DNA of 57,599 nucleotides, filler included, from Sphacelaria rigidula (Eukaryota), in the NCBI GenBank assembly GCA_964200075.2. It is 4 parts of 4 records of this genome, joined end to end, with 100 filler letters (N's around TTAATTAATTAA, not from the genome) between each part and the next. Parts side by side here need not be neighbours in the genome. Positions count along the whole stretch, not along the records: positions 1 to 14,326 come from CAXNAA020002312.1; positions 14,427 to 28,751 come from CAXNAA020002313.1; 2 more parts are not named here. One strand, given 5' to 3'. A program made the translations under genes and the position numbers. Shown here piece by piece: positions 13,301 through 25,087 of this stretch. The notes under the pieces were generated by a model that ran no database searches, was not told where the DNA came from, and saw nothing but the letters and a program-made list of their open reading frames with translations. Positions within the stretch are counted from its first letter, which is position 1. Each line of letters opens with the position of its first letter.

Positions 13301-13938
13301 CCCTTGAGGCAGTGGAAATACGGGATGATCGAGAGGTATGTCTCGAATTGTCATCACGGGCGCTCATCAGCCGAGTGGGGGTGGGTATGTTGTTTCGCGG
13401 GGAAGGCGGCCGTGGCGGTGTGGGTGAAAGCCGAGGTCCGGTGCGCGTGGGCGCGGTGTGTCGGGGCTGGGCACTGGGGGCTACTTGCATGTCGGCGAAA
13501 GCCGAAGGAGAGTGGAGCAAGGTATTGCATAGAACTTGCAGTGTTGTGGCTATACTAACGTCTGGCACAGGGGCTGGTTTCAGATTTATGCCAGAAGCAG
13601 CCGTTGAGACCAAAGACGGGTGTCCTGAGTTGTACAAAGCAGAAGTCAAATCATTTGTCAACAAATCATCATCAGCCGGGTTTCAACGCTGCACGCTACG
13701 GAAGCAGCGCCAAGAAACAATAACAATTCGTCAGCTAGTAAGTGCAGCTGTGCGCCGCCCAAAACAAAGGAGGAAATACGTGTGGGGGGGAAGTGCAGGG
13801 GAATGAATTCACGACAACTTCGTGCAGATGTTGCTTGCGGTCTTATGTTGTGCTGCAGTGAAGTGGGCAGATGGGATGGGGGAAGTGGAGCGAATCCGAG
13901 GTTATCTGCCGAACACAGTGGATACCTGCTAAATAGCA
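10375..13938 (-). pseudogene. Long gag-like ORF1 (broken), Pro/Ser/Arg-rich, with CCHC zinc knuckle
   Basis: Consecutive minus ORFs 12741-13664, 12387-12701, 11764-12453, 11178-11474 (capsid-like helical segment PFADYLREFKLLV), 10668-11165 and 10375-10854 with CINCNTQGHSMRDC (CX2CX4HX4C). The start is approximate. Confidence 0.7.
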
Positions 13939-14326
13939 TGGGGAAGACAGATTTCTGGTACGAAGAAAAAGCAACAAAGTACAGGTTCACAGTCGGGTGG
14001 CCAATACAGCAAAATTGCGCGGCCAAAGAAAAGGTCGCAGAGGAGCCAGTGCGAACGCAGTAGAAGCAGCGCGTCGAGAAGCGCGTGTAAGCTTACGCTA
14101 TTCAAGCGAAAGCGTGCTGCAAAAAATCGCTGCACGGAACCAGCAGCAGAGAACGCTCTGTTGGGGCAACTATGGGTGCACGTGTACGGTGCCGTAGTGT
14201 GATGTGATAAAGGTTATCGCACCTTGAGAAGGGTGTAATGGTGTTCACCACGATTGTTCCAGGTTTAGACCCCTGTGTACGTTGTTTGTTTACTCGGCTC
14301 AGCAGCGCAGGCTGACCACAGTCGCT

Positions 14327-14426
14327 NNNNNNNNNNNNNNNNNNNNNNNNNNNNNNNNNNNNNNNNNNNNTTAATTAATTAANNNNNNNNNNNNNNNNNN
14401 NNNNNNNNNNNNNNNNNNNNNNNNNN
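14327..14426. other. Artificial contig spacer (N44-TTAATTAATTAA-N44)
   Basis: The identical 100-bp structure occurs three times and the 12-mer places stops in all six frames. Confidence 0.95.
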
Positions 14427-15719
14427 GTATAAACATAACGGACTTTACTTATGGGACAGAGGAAGTACACGCCGCTGGAGGCAACGCTCTCGCCACTCAC
14501 CTGATGTGTTGAGAAGTTTTCACTTGCTCAGTTGCTTCCACACGTTGTAGCATTAGCCTTGCGCACTCCTCGCGTTCTCCCGTCCGATGGTGCTGCGGCA
14601 GTAGCTAATGATGTGATGTGTAACGACGTCCCCCGTCTGAGGTGCTCGCCGCATGCCACTGTCATGTTTTACCAATCTAATCTCGAGCGTCTGTGGGTTA
14701 CAGCCCATTTTGTTCTACTATTTTATATATATATATATTTGTATGGGACAATCGGAACAAAAACAAGTCCACTACCTATGTAGAATGTCATGACCTGTGG
14801 AGTGGTTTGTGCCGCTGTGGCTTACTGTTGACTCAAGATACCTCGGCATGGAGGGGGAATTCAACTGTTTTGAAATCCTCGATTTTTCAAATATTTTGGT
14901 TCCAAGCGGGGAAATGAAGATGAGCGAATGCCAAGTTGTTCATATTCCAGATCCGAAGGAGGTTGTGTTTATCCCGTGGTTGAACAAGTCACGACCTGCA
15001 AATTTACACACGCGTTTACCCACGAAATACAGAGGTCGTGACCGCTGCTCATTCATATTTTATACCTTCTTCTCAGACATTTTGATACTCAGCGGAACAA
15101 AAATCGTCCCGAGCAACCGATCCTGCATGAGCCTTGATTGTACAGGCAAAAATCAAATAATGCGCACATGACGATGAATTTCTCTCCATGATATGAGCAT
15201 GGAGTATCAGTCAGATCAATGGACTTTTTTCAGCGAAACTTTCAGGTGTCTCGCTTTTCTCCCGTGGTTTCCACAAGTTACCTTGTAAACTTTCCCATGC
15301 GCATACCTAGACAATATGTATCACCTGACTTCTTGTTGTTCATTTTCGACTCTTCTTTTGAAATTTATGCCGTCCAAAATATTCCAATTGTTGCAAAATA
15401 TATTATATCGTGATCTCGTCGTTCAAGAGACGATTCCTTCCAAAATCCGATATTTCTCATCCTCTATATACCGAAAGGTGTGCAAAATTTTCAAGTCATC
15501 ATCAACTACCGTTCAGGCGACACTTTATCATTCCCCACAGGCGGACCGGCATGTGGTGCTTTACACTGATAAACATCACACGGCACGAATCGAGCAGAAG
15601 CGGGAAACTGCATACCCTGAAAAAAAGACGGCGTCAGTTGCAATGACACACACCCTGGACACTAGACAGCATATATTGCAACAGCAATAGAATCTGCCGC
15701 AGTAGATGCCAATGTTGTC

Positions 15720-16540
15720 GTCTGTAATGGCCATCGATCGACACGTTTCTCTTTCTACTGTCGTCGGGAGTGTCTATCGATAGACCCCTTGCCCACACTA
15801 TCGCCCAGGCAGCATACTACACTTCTGAAAATATGATGTCACGATCCCGCAAATTTGGAACGTTTGTATGTTGTAAGAATCCGCACTATGTGTAGACAAG
15901 CGTTCACGAGTTTTATTAGTGTGGTGTTGGCACTCATGCTTGTCCCTCTGATGGACATGAGTGCGCTCATACTTCGAAGTAGTACTTTTGTGCGTGGGTG
16001 AATCGTGCTTATACCCTGGACAACAGACTATGTAATAGAACGCTGCCGCTGCAATAGCCCGAAATTTTTCTCTTCAATGTTTATCTTCAGTCATGATCAA
16101 CTGGCATCACTGTCCATCGATAGCTATTGTACTGAAGGCGACAAAAAATTCGGGACAAGGGCCAGAGGGTATCATTGTCGTAACAATGAAGTGACCGAGT
16201 TGTCTATCGATACACGTCACTTGTTGCAGTGGCATCTGAATTGCGGCCATCAATATATATATTGCTCATCACGGTAGGATCTACAACGCGACCACCGATA
16301 CATGTTTTTGGTTACAAGAGGATTTAAATGGCGCCCACCAACGTCTATTACTGGTTCACTCTTACCGCCCAAAATTGTGCCATGAGCAAATACCTTCCAC
16401 AGTACGTACCTAATAGTCGCATACATGATATCATACTGACCGCCATGGATAGCTGGAGAGCGTGACATGGCCGGATTTGTGTTTGTGGCCATAGTGGTAG
16501 CGCGAAGGGCGAAAAGGTATATCGACCGAGCAGCGCCCGT
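15720..16540 (+). repeat. Copy of the ATCGAT-rich dispersed family
   Basis: Colinear with 20751-20835 plus 21250-21700 (atagaccc...cccacact...gcagc/tag; ttagtgtggtgttgg; cttatacc/cttacaccctggaca). Confidence 0.75.
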
Positions 16541-17112
16541 CAAATTGTTCCGAGATCGAAATTACGAATTTCAAGCCTAATTTTCACTCAATCTCCATAT
16601 GCTCCAAATCGTAGTAACCGTCATCGTCTCGGAAATTCAACGATTTTGTTTTTGTGAAAACGATTACTACGGAGGTCGAATCATACCCGAAACCGTGATG
16701 TTTCGGTACTGTCGGGTGTTGGCGTCGTCTAATGTCCACTCATGATACGCACGAAAGACCCAGGGAGTCTCGTGATGGTGTCCCCTATATCTGTAGTAGA
16801 AAAGCTCAGATCGCTCTAAAACTCGGCAGTTCCGTAGGTATTGATGCTCGAAATAAACAACAGTATTTATGACAATATTTCATAAGTTCTCCGTTCTCTA
16901 CCGGCTTCCGTGCGTCCCAGTATGAAGCCCCTAGGAAGGCGGGACAGAATGCCCCAAAAAACAAATAACAAACTGCAGCGCCCCGGAATAGTCCAAGGAA
17001 CACATGTACGAAGTTTGGTGGAGAAACGCGAAAACCTCATACATTTTTTTCTTGCCTTGACGTAAACTTCACCCAAAAAGACGTTTCCTTACTAATACCA
17101 AGTAATCAGGAG

Positions 17113-17710
17113 TTGCACGTTTCAAACCCACGTCCTCCACAAACGCGCAAATCTCACGCCGTTTTAAGGGGTTGGACCCTTCAACTTTGCACAAATATGC
17201 TATGTGTCATTACGCAACTTCCTGTGCACGAGGGTTTTTTTCTTCTTGAGTTTTTCGCCGTTTTTCGGGGGTCCAACGGGATCCAAGTCGTTTTTCGAAG
17301 TAGTCTCCATTCTGGGACCCCAGAAAACGGGCACTACGATGTATTTTTTCATTTTTTCGCGAACGAGCTGTCGCCGCATAACCCAAGGAAGGGCCCCAAA
17401 AACGTTCATCGCAAAAATCGATCAACTGATGCGTGAACTTTCGTGATCACGTCAAAGAATACCAAAAAACGCCGTTTTTGTACCAAAACCAATTAGTTTG
17501 CGGTTTCACCGCGGCACGGCAAAGTTCATCGCACAAAAGCGAAAACCTCACGACGTTTTAAGGAGTTGGACCCTGAAATGTTGCACAAGTGTGCTGTGGG
17601 TCATTGTGCAACTTTGGATGAACGAGGATTTAATAGCATTTTTCCCTCGATTTACGGGGGTCCGATTGGATCGATGTTCCCCCGAAAAAACTGGGACCCC
17701 CGAAAAATGG
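17113..17710 (+). repeat. Diverged direct duplication (period ~390 bp)
   Basis: ctcacgccgttttaaggggttggaccct...tgcacaaatatgctatgtgtcatt matches ctcacgacgttttaaggagttggaccct...tgcacaagtgtgctgtgggtcatt. Confidence 0.7.
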
Positions 17711-18149
17711 CGACAAGAGTCAACGAGTAAAACAAAATCAACCTTTCAAAATCGTGTAGTGCCCCATAGAACATCTGTGCATTTTTTCACGGTCTAACTC
17801 CTTCAAACGGCGTGAGTTTTGCCGATGAGTGTTTTTTGGGTGATAAGCGTGAACGAGCCTGTATCGCTGGTCACGATGTGATCTGAATTGCGGCCACCAA
17901 TATTTATTGCTGGTTACAATAGGAGCTGAATGGCGTCGATCACTAGCTATGCATGTACATTCTTCGGTTTCCAATTGTTCCACAGAAGCTATGGCCAGTT
18001 ATCGTCTCAGGTCGTTGCATGTTCGTGTGGGAGGGATATTGCCGTTGATGCCACAAGACCACAGCAGTAAGCAATATATTTACCAAAGCCTATCGTTGGC
18101 GTCACTGGCTATCGATAGATGCTCCCTAGGACAATCGATTGTTGATGAC

Positions 18150-18420
18150 AATAATATAATGACTATTGACGGATACGTCAAAATCCACTGTTGGCGGCAG
18201 AGGCTATATTGATAGACCGCTCACTAAATGTATTGATGACGGTTAAAGGCTACCGGTAGACGGCTCGCCAAATCCATCGATGACGGCTTTTGCTATCGAT
18301 AGACCGCTCACCAAATATATTAATGACAGCAATGACTATCGATGGATGGCTCACCAAATGTATTGATCACGGCAATGGCTATCAATGTATACATATCAGA
18401 ATCCATTGCGGTATACGGTG
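18150..18420 (+). repeat. Degenerate ~43-bp minisatellite within the ATCGAT family
   Basis: About 6 units of approx. ggcaatggctatcgatagaccgctcaccaaat(c/g)tattgatgac. A second array lies at ~20905-21130. Confidence 0.8.
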
Positions 18421-18683
18421 TCCATCGATGACCGGTGATCTTGATCTAGTGTAATTGCCATAGGCTATTGATCGACTCTAGCAACACCTATTGTCCCTTG
18501 AAATACATATCAACATATCTGGTCCCCCACCTGCCGCGTTCAGCAATATATGTCGATAGGTTTTCCCCGCGTCTATAACTGAAGCAGTGGACTCTTATTG
18601 CGTCCATCGTCTAGAGGGTGCGATGACGAGAGAATCTGCCACAGTAGGCGCCAAAGTTGTCAAATTGCAGTCGGTAATGACCA

Positions 18684-19111
18684 CGACCTGGGCCAGCATT
18701 GAAACGGATTTCAGCTCTCAAGTATTATCTCATCGACACAGACGAGTTGGGCCGTGATCCGCACATCGTATTAGTCATCGAATCAAGGGGGAGGTGCCCA
18801 TCTGCTCAAACGTCTGGGGCAGTACTTTCTCGCTGAATTAATCCCATGTTTAGTCATTCCTATACCGAAAAGAGATAGCGTCTATACTATGGTGTATATG
18901 AAACCCCAACCAATGCATTCAGCGGATGACGACGATTCTTGGCGTGGACCTTCCCTGGAGCATGGGGAGACGTTAAGTACCCTCACCTTCATCTGATCCG
19001 TAATATACCTCGACATATGGTGCACATACGTTTTTATATTAATATCAATGTATTTCGAGCAGAGGCACTGGATGCCCTGACTCTGGATATCGCATCTCAG
19101 TTTTTGAGAGC
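18684..19111 (+). mobile_element. 5' fragment of the TA-TSD non-autonomous element family (see 19114-20750)
   Basis: Colinear with 19114-19543. It ends at the TA where the next copy begins. Confidence 0.75.
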
Positions 19112-19113
19112 TA

Positions 19114-20750
19114 CGAGCTGGGTCGGCCTAGATACGGATTATAGCTCTCAGAGCAATATCTAATCGACACAGACGAGTTTGGCCGTGATCTGCATATTGT
19201 ATTAGCCGCCAGGTCATGGGAAAGGTGTCCATGTGCTCAAAAGCCGGGGCCAACTTCTTCTCGTGGATTAAATCTCATGTCTAGTAATTCCTATACCGTA
19301 GGGGGTTAGCGTCCATCCCCAAAATATACATGAAGCCCCGAACGATGTGCAAAGTGAATGATGGCGATTTTTGGTGTGGACATTCTCTGGAGCACGGGGA
19401 AACGATCGATACCTCCACCTTTGCTGAATTCGCTATTCGTCTCGGGATATGGCGCACATGAGGTTGTATACTAAAATCGATATATTTCGAGCAGAGGCAC
19501 TTCATGCACCAAATCTGGATATTGCGTCTTAGTTTTTGAGAGTTGTTCTTTGAGATTTCGTGTGGAGCATCGCTAGTGCATAACGAAGAAAAAATTCATC
19601 GGTTTTTGTTTTTCTTCACTTTTTTGTTTGTTTTATTAGGGGAGAATCAAGGTAAAATAGACGATGCTCTCGAACCTCATCTCCGTTTTTCAGCTCGATT
19701 TTAGGAATTGAAACTTATCATGGAAGAACGCCTGCCGAAAAAGAAAAAAAGTGGGCCCTTCATTTGTTTTTGTCCGGAGAGGTACGGGCCTTCTCGTGAA
19801 AATAGGGTCTTTACTACACTACAGCATCCTAAGGCTAGTTCTCATGTATCGAAAAATGGAACTTGTTGAAAAGCGCATTTTTGGCCGTTCTCCGGCGTTC
19901 TTCTCTTGAAAAGAGGGCTAGGCGGATGTTGACACTTTGGAATGGCTTGCTCTCTTCGCTGAGGCCGTTCCAGAGCACCTCTGCGTGTTCCGTAGGTTAC
20001 GGTTTCGTTTTTGTCCAAACTTGCGATTTCAATAATAAACGGTCAAGTTACCGAAATAATGTCGGTTTTTCCCCTGTTTTTTTATAACTTGATCTTTTGT
20101 TATTGACAATGCAAGTTTGGTCAAAAACGAAACCGTAAGCCACTGAAAACTCGAAGGTGCTCTGGAACGGCCTCAGCGAGTAGAGCAAGCCATTCCCAGG
20201 TGTTAACCTCTGCCTAGCCCTCTTTTCTGGGGAAAAATGACGGAGAAGGGCCAGAAATGCACTCTTCAACAAGGTTCATTCTTCGATACCGAAAAGGTAG
20301 CCTAAGCAAGTGAAGACAAATATATAAACCTTTCCCACTTTTGTTTGGTTGTTTGTGGCCTAGCGAGGTCCCACGCAAAGATTCAAAACACAAGTACCAA
20401 ACCTGGACCCGTAAATGACCTGGAAACTGATGTTCCGAATTACGCCCTTTCCTGCTTCTGAATTGCCCCGTCTCACCTCAATTTTGGGGGTTGGAGGAGA
20501 AATAGGGCATGCTCAAACGCGGTCGTTCGGGACGTAGATTGTTTTTTCTTCATGAGTTAACGGTGTTTTTCTGATGTATAGGTGCTGATTATTGCCCCCG
20601 ACTCACGAAAAACAAACTACGGGTCCCGATCGACAACATTTTACGATGCCCTATTTTCTTTCTTCGTACCAAATTTCAAAGTCCAACTCGCAAATTGAGG
20701 TGAAACGGGGTCTGCAAACCACAAATTCGCGTCTGGGCCGGCCCAGCCCG
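19114..20750 (+). mobile_element. ~1.2-kb non-autonomous TIR element with TA flanks (Tc1/mariner-like), carrying a nested MITE
   Basis: TA|CGAGCTGGGTCGGCCTAGA ... TCTGGGCCGGCCCAGCCCG|TA. Colinear (reverse) with 46606-47846. Confidence 0.85.
19833..20302. mobile_element. 470-bp near-palindromic MITE with TAA TSD (PIF/Harbinger-like)
   Basis: ~218-bp imperfect inverted arms, GGCTA...TAGCC termini, TAA at 19830-19832 and 20303-20305. The empty site (tcctaagcaagtg) is visible in the 46606-47846 copy near 47100. Confidence 0.9.
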
Positions 20751-22020
20751 TATCGATTGATAGGCTTCTCTGTCTATTATCGGCGGCACCATCTATTGAT
20801 AGACCCCGTTCCCACACTGTTGCCCGGGCAGTAGTGCATTGTGGCCCTGCACCGAAAGCTACTGCCTCACACCAAATAAATCGATATATAGCTTTCGAAA
20901 TACATGGATGATGGCAATGGCTACCGATAGACTGTGCCAAATCTATTGACAACGACAACGGCTGTTGATAGACTATGTACCATATCTTTTGATGATGGCA
21001 ATGACTATTTCATTAATTCTCCACCAAATCTATTGAAAACGCCAATGGCTACTGATAGACTGCCTACAAAATATGTTGACTGTGGGAAAGGAAATCGACA
21101 GATACATACCAGAATGTACTGTGGTATACAGTGTCTATCGATAGGTATCCTCTGTCGTCCATTGCCGCACCTACAAAGCAGCGTAGTAATGTATAGAGCA
21201 TATACTCTATTGAAGTACGATAAGACAGATCGCAATTGAATATGCGGTCGGTATATGATGATACTACTTGTGAAATATGACGTCACAATTCTACGAATGC
21301 GGAACGGTTGTATGTTGTAGGAGTCCGCGACAGGTGTGGACGGAAGTTCAGGATTTTTATTGTTAGTGTGGTGTTGGTACTCACGGTTCTCCCTCTCATG
21401 GACAAGAACGCTTAGAGTGCTATTGTGTGTGGGTGAGATGTGCTTACACCCTGGACAAAACACTGTTGTGATAGAACATTGCCGTCACAATAACCCCGAA
21501 AACATGACTGTCGATGCCCGTGGTCAGCCACAATCGACTGGCATCACTGTCTATCGATAGGTCTTGTAGGCAACAGTAGATGCGAGACAAGGGCCAGAAG
21601 GTACTGTTGCCGCGACAATGGAGCGGCCGAGCACTTTTTCGATCGGTGCTATTTCTTGCAGTAGGGTTTGAACTGCGACCCTCAAAGTCTATTGCCGATC
21701 ACAGTAGGATCTGCATGCTGCCGCCAATGCATATTATTAGTCACAATAGAATCGGAACTGTGACCACAACCATACATCGCTGACCACGACCGGATCAAAA
21801 TTGCGCTCACCCATGTCTACCGCTGGTCACAATACGATCTGAACCGCTGCCACTGATATATTGCTGGCCACAATAGGACTTGTATGTTGTCCATCAATAG
21901 CTATTGATACACATTTTTCGGTGGATGTTTCCACCGTACACAAACGTTATTGCCAGCTCTCGCATCAGATAATTACCTTTTCACGTGTTAGGATTAATTG
22001 CCGTTAGTGACGTAACACCA
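20751..22020 (+). repeat. Copy of the ATCGAT-rich dispersed family including the 43-bp minisatellite
   Basis: Similar to 15720-16540 and 17850-18430. Confidence 0.7.
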
Positions 22021-22221
22021 CTGCAGAGATTGGGTGATTGATTGTCGCACTTTAACTGACCCTCCCATGGATCCAGCCGTGGTCACATGATAGACGTACC
22101 CAAGAAAAAAGAAAACTGAAACACTCGGTGAAGAAAAGAAGAAACAGAAAAAGTCGAACAGAACGGCAGAATCGACAGACGTTAAAAAAGAGAAGGAAGA
22201 AACATTCCAAGGTTGTGTTCT

Positions 22222-22750
22222 GTAGGGTACGGTGTTCTGTATACCGGGGATATTTTGCCGGGTTTTACCGTACTCGACACTTCTTTGACTTCTCTAAGAC
22301 TTTCATACCGGTACCCGACAGTTCTGTGATATCTTCAAGACTCCCGTACCGTTACCGGGGGGCACGGGTACGCTCTCGACAAGATACTTGATTGCGGGTA
22401 CGTTTTTCTGTGCAACCTTCACACCCTACCCGACAGCTTCTGAGAGTTCTGGAAGCCTTCCATACCCCTATCCGACAGTTATGTGAGTTCTGTACAGAAT
22501 GTTTACCCGTACCCGGAGCGCAGGTATGCTCTTGAAGAATACCCGATTGCCGGTACCGGTTTTGTGTAAACCTCCCATACCGTACCCGACATGTCCTGTA
22601 AACCCTGCAAGACTTTTACCCAGCACCGGTACCCGACAGTTGTGTGAGCTCTGTAAGCATTCCATACCCTACCCGGAGTTAGGGCATACCGTTACAGATA
22701 TACCCAATTGCAGGTATGAGCACAGGTATACACCTTGGGGAGGCACGGAT
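22222..22750 (+). repeat. Dispersed family built of tacccgacagttctgtgagttctg subrepeats
   Basis: The motif recurs internally. Related copies lie at ~49352-49735, ~50197-50690 and ~41330-41445. Confidence 0.8.
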
Positions 22751-23534
22751 ATAGGTTCAACCCAAACACAACCTCATGACCTTGACATGTACCTCTCATA
22801 GATCAACCACCAACTCCTTCATTCAAAATTGCACACCAACAATAATTTAATGTTGAAAAGGTCTGTAGTTTGAAATCTGACTGGATATGAGGTACCGATG
22901 AGTGGAAAGACGAGACATGAACAACCCTGCGGATCTAACTAAACTGCTGATTTTTTTTTTCTGAATCTTTGTGAATCGGCAACACTTTGACTTAAAAATG
23001 CATAAAAACGATGATGCCGGTAACAGCACTCTTCAATGACCTTTGCCCTGGGAAACTCTCGATTGAGCGGTGGCGCAATGCGCCAAACACATTGTACTAT
23101 TCTTATTCATTATGTTTGTCCGCATTCCGCGATTCTGAACGCAGGTACAACAATCACGGGGCCTGACAGCGCACCATTCGTCCGAAGTCCGACGCACCAG
23201 CGGTCAGTATTTGATTCTTCCGTTTCTCTGTGATGAACCTCTTGGGAATTTGCGCTTTCGTCGCGGATTTTCCTTCATTCGGAATTTCACAATTTTTCGC
23301 GACCTCGGCACCACCGACTACTCAACCTCTCTCTCTCGGAATTCTTCACTTTTTCTGCCACTTCGACCAGTGACTACTCTACCTCTCTCAGATTATCATA
23401 CTCTCTTCTCCACCACTTCGGCACCACCTCACGAATGACTTCGCCAACCGTTTGCGCGGAATTTACTCTGGGACCAGTGGCGTTTCCAGCCGTTTGACCT
23501 CATTTCGCGCCCAGTGACGTTCCCAGCCGTTTAA

Positions 23535-23631
23535 CCCTTAGACCGCGAGATAAGTCTTTCTGGATCATGCATACTTTTTTCACTTGAAATTGATGCCGAT
23601 TCAACACAAGACCAACCTCGCGGTCTAAGGA
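23535..23631 (+). mobile_element. 97-bp TTAA-specific MITE (piggyBac-like)
   Basis: TTAA|CCCTTAGACCGCGAG...CTCGCGGTCTAAGGA|TTAA. Confidence 0.9.
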
Positions 23632-24057
23632 TTAACCCCCGTTTCGCAATATTTGATTCTTCCGTTTCTCTGTGATCAATCACTACAGGTTTTTCTTCCG
23701 TTTTCTTTCTACGGTCTTGAAAACAAATATTTTCGCTTTGTCTTCAGCCCATCTCGAGTCTCCGTTCCGACCGTCCGCGCCTCTCTCGCTGTTGGCTATC
23801 ATCTACCTCTCTACTTCTCCACCCCTACCCAACTTGCCTCCTTTCTGGGGCAGTTTGTTTTGTTGGAGCTCACCGCGTGCCGCGCCTGGCGCGAAGGTGC
23901 CCCGTACACCCTAGGGTAGTGAATGTAGATATATTTCGCTATGGCTGCGACGTTCTTCTCGCTGAGCGTTGCGGCGTCAGTCACACGATCATTGCGTACT
24001 TGAATATCACCGCTAGTACATATGTTTCGACTGAGATCGCTACGGCCGAGCGCTTCA

Positions 24058-24155
24058 CCCGTAGACCGCGAGATTAGTCTTTCTGGACCATGCATACTTT
24101 TTTTTACTTGAAATTGATGCCGATTCAACAGAATACTAACCTCGCGATCTAAGGG
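24058..24155 (+). mobile_element. 98-bp TTAA MITE copy
   Basis: TTCA|CCCGTAGACCGCGAG...CTCGCGATCTAAGGG|TTAA with the same internal sequence as 23535-23631. Confidence 0.85.
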
Positions 24156-24169
24156 TTAAACGCAGGCCT

Positions 24170-24960
24170 TCATATATTGAAAACGATGCCGATTTCACAA
24201 ATTATTTATTTTGATGCCGTCAGCAAATGGACACCTCCGGCGGTCCAAGGCTTCACTTCGTTATCAGCCCCTTTCTTCACAATATCCGTCTTTTATTAAA
24301 TGACCCAACTGCACTTCAACACTAACCCCAGCCATAGCCCATCATAGGCAGATCTTGGAGACTCGGGCAGCGGGATTTCTATCGGCCCCGTTCTTCTCAA
24401 TATCCGCATATTTTACAGACTGACGCAACTGCACTTCAATGCTAACCCCAGCCGTAACCCGATAAAAGGTAGACCTCGAACACTCGGGCAGCGGGGGTGC
24501 TCTATCGCACCGTAGGCAGAGAGTGCTTTGTTCTGCAGCAAAGGTACAAACCCTCCGACTCAGTGGAGGTGTTCAGTTATTTGTGGAATCGGCATCATTT
24601 TCAGGCCCTTTTCGAGTAAAAATGATGCCGATTCCACAAGTGAACACCTCCGGCGCTTTGATGAAAATGATGCCGATTTCACACATGAACTAATTGATGC
24701 CGTCAACAAATGGACACTTCCAGTGGTCCAGGTTCTTCTCAATACCCGCGTCTTTTATAGACTGGCCCAGCTGCACTTCAACACCAACTCCAGCCGTACC
24801 CCGAGAAAGGCAGACCTCGAACACTCGGGCAGCGAGGGTGTTCTATCGCTCCGTAGGCAGAGAGTACTTTGTTCTACGGCGTAGATACACACCCTCCGAC
24901 CCAGAGGAGGTATTCATTTGTTTGTGGAATCGGCATCATTTTCAGGCCCTTCTCGAGTGT
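24170..24960 (+). repeat. Complex local direct repeats
   Basis: A ~115-bp unit (ctgcacttcaa...ctcgggcagcg) at ~24274, 24392 and 24733. Also 24392-24620 matches 24733-24958, and 24185-24250 matches 24669-24732. Confidence 0.8.
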
Positions 24961-25087
24961 TTCCGCGCATTAACACCTGCGGCGCTGAAGGCATTTACCG
25001 GAAGACCAACCTGTTGAGCCGGCATCATTTTCACTTGAAAAAAGAATGCATAATCCTGATGGACTACCATTACGGTGTCAGGGTCAA

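Larger units (their letters stand above)
4063..14326 (-). mobile_element. Large (>10 kb) degenerate Ty3/Gypsy retrotransposon; 5' end lost in the gap
   Basis: Domain order on the minus strand is gag-like ORF1, protease, RT, RNase H, integrase, chromodomain-like. Scattered stops and frameshifts. No paired LTR was found in the window. Confidence 0.95.

Noticed and set aside
10058..13806. Long plus-strand ORFs antisense to ORF1
   Set aside because: Expected shadows of GC-rich low-complexity coding sequence, with no motifs.
18150..18420. CRISPR-like periodicity (also 20905-21130 and 25088-26300)
   Set aside because: The units are whole degenerate tandem copies or MITEs with no unique spacers, and there are no cas genes.
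19863..20272. Pair of similar convergent ORFs (MLKSAFLA...)
   Set aside because: They are mirror images produced by the palindromic MITE.
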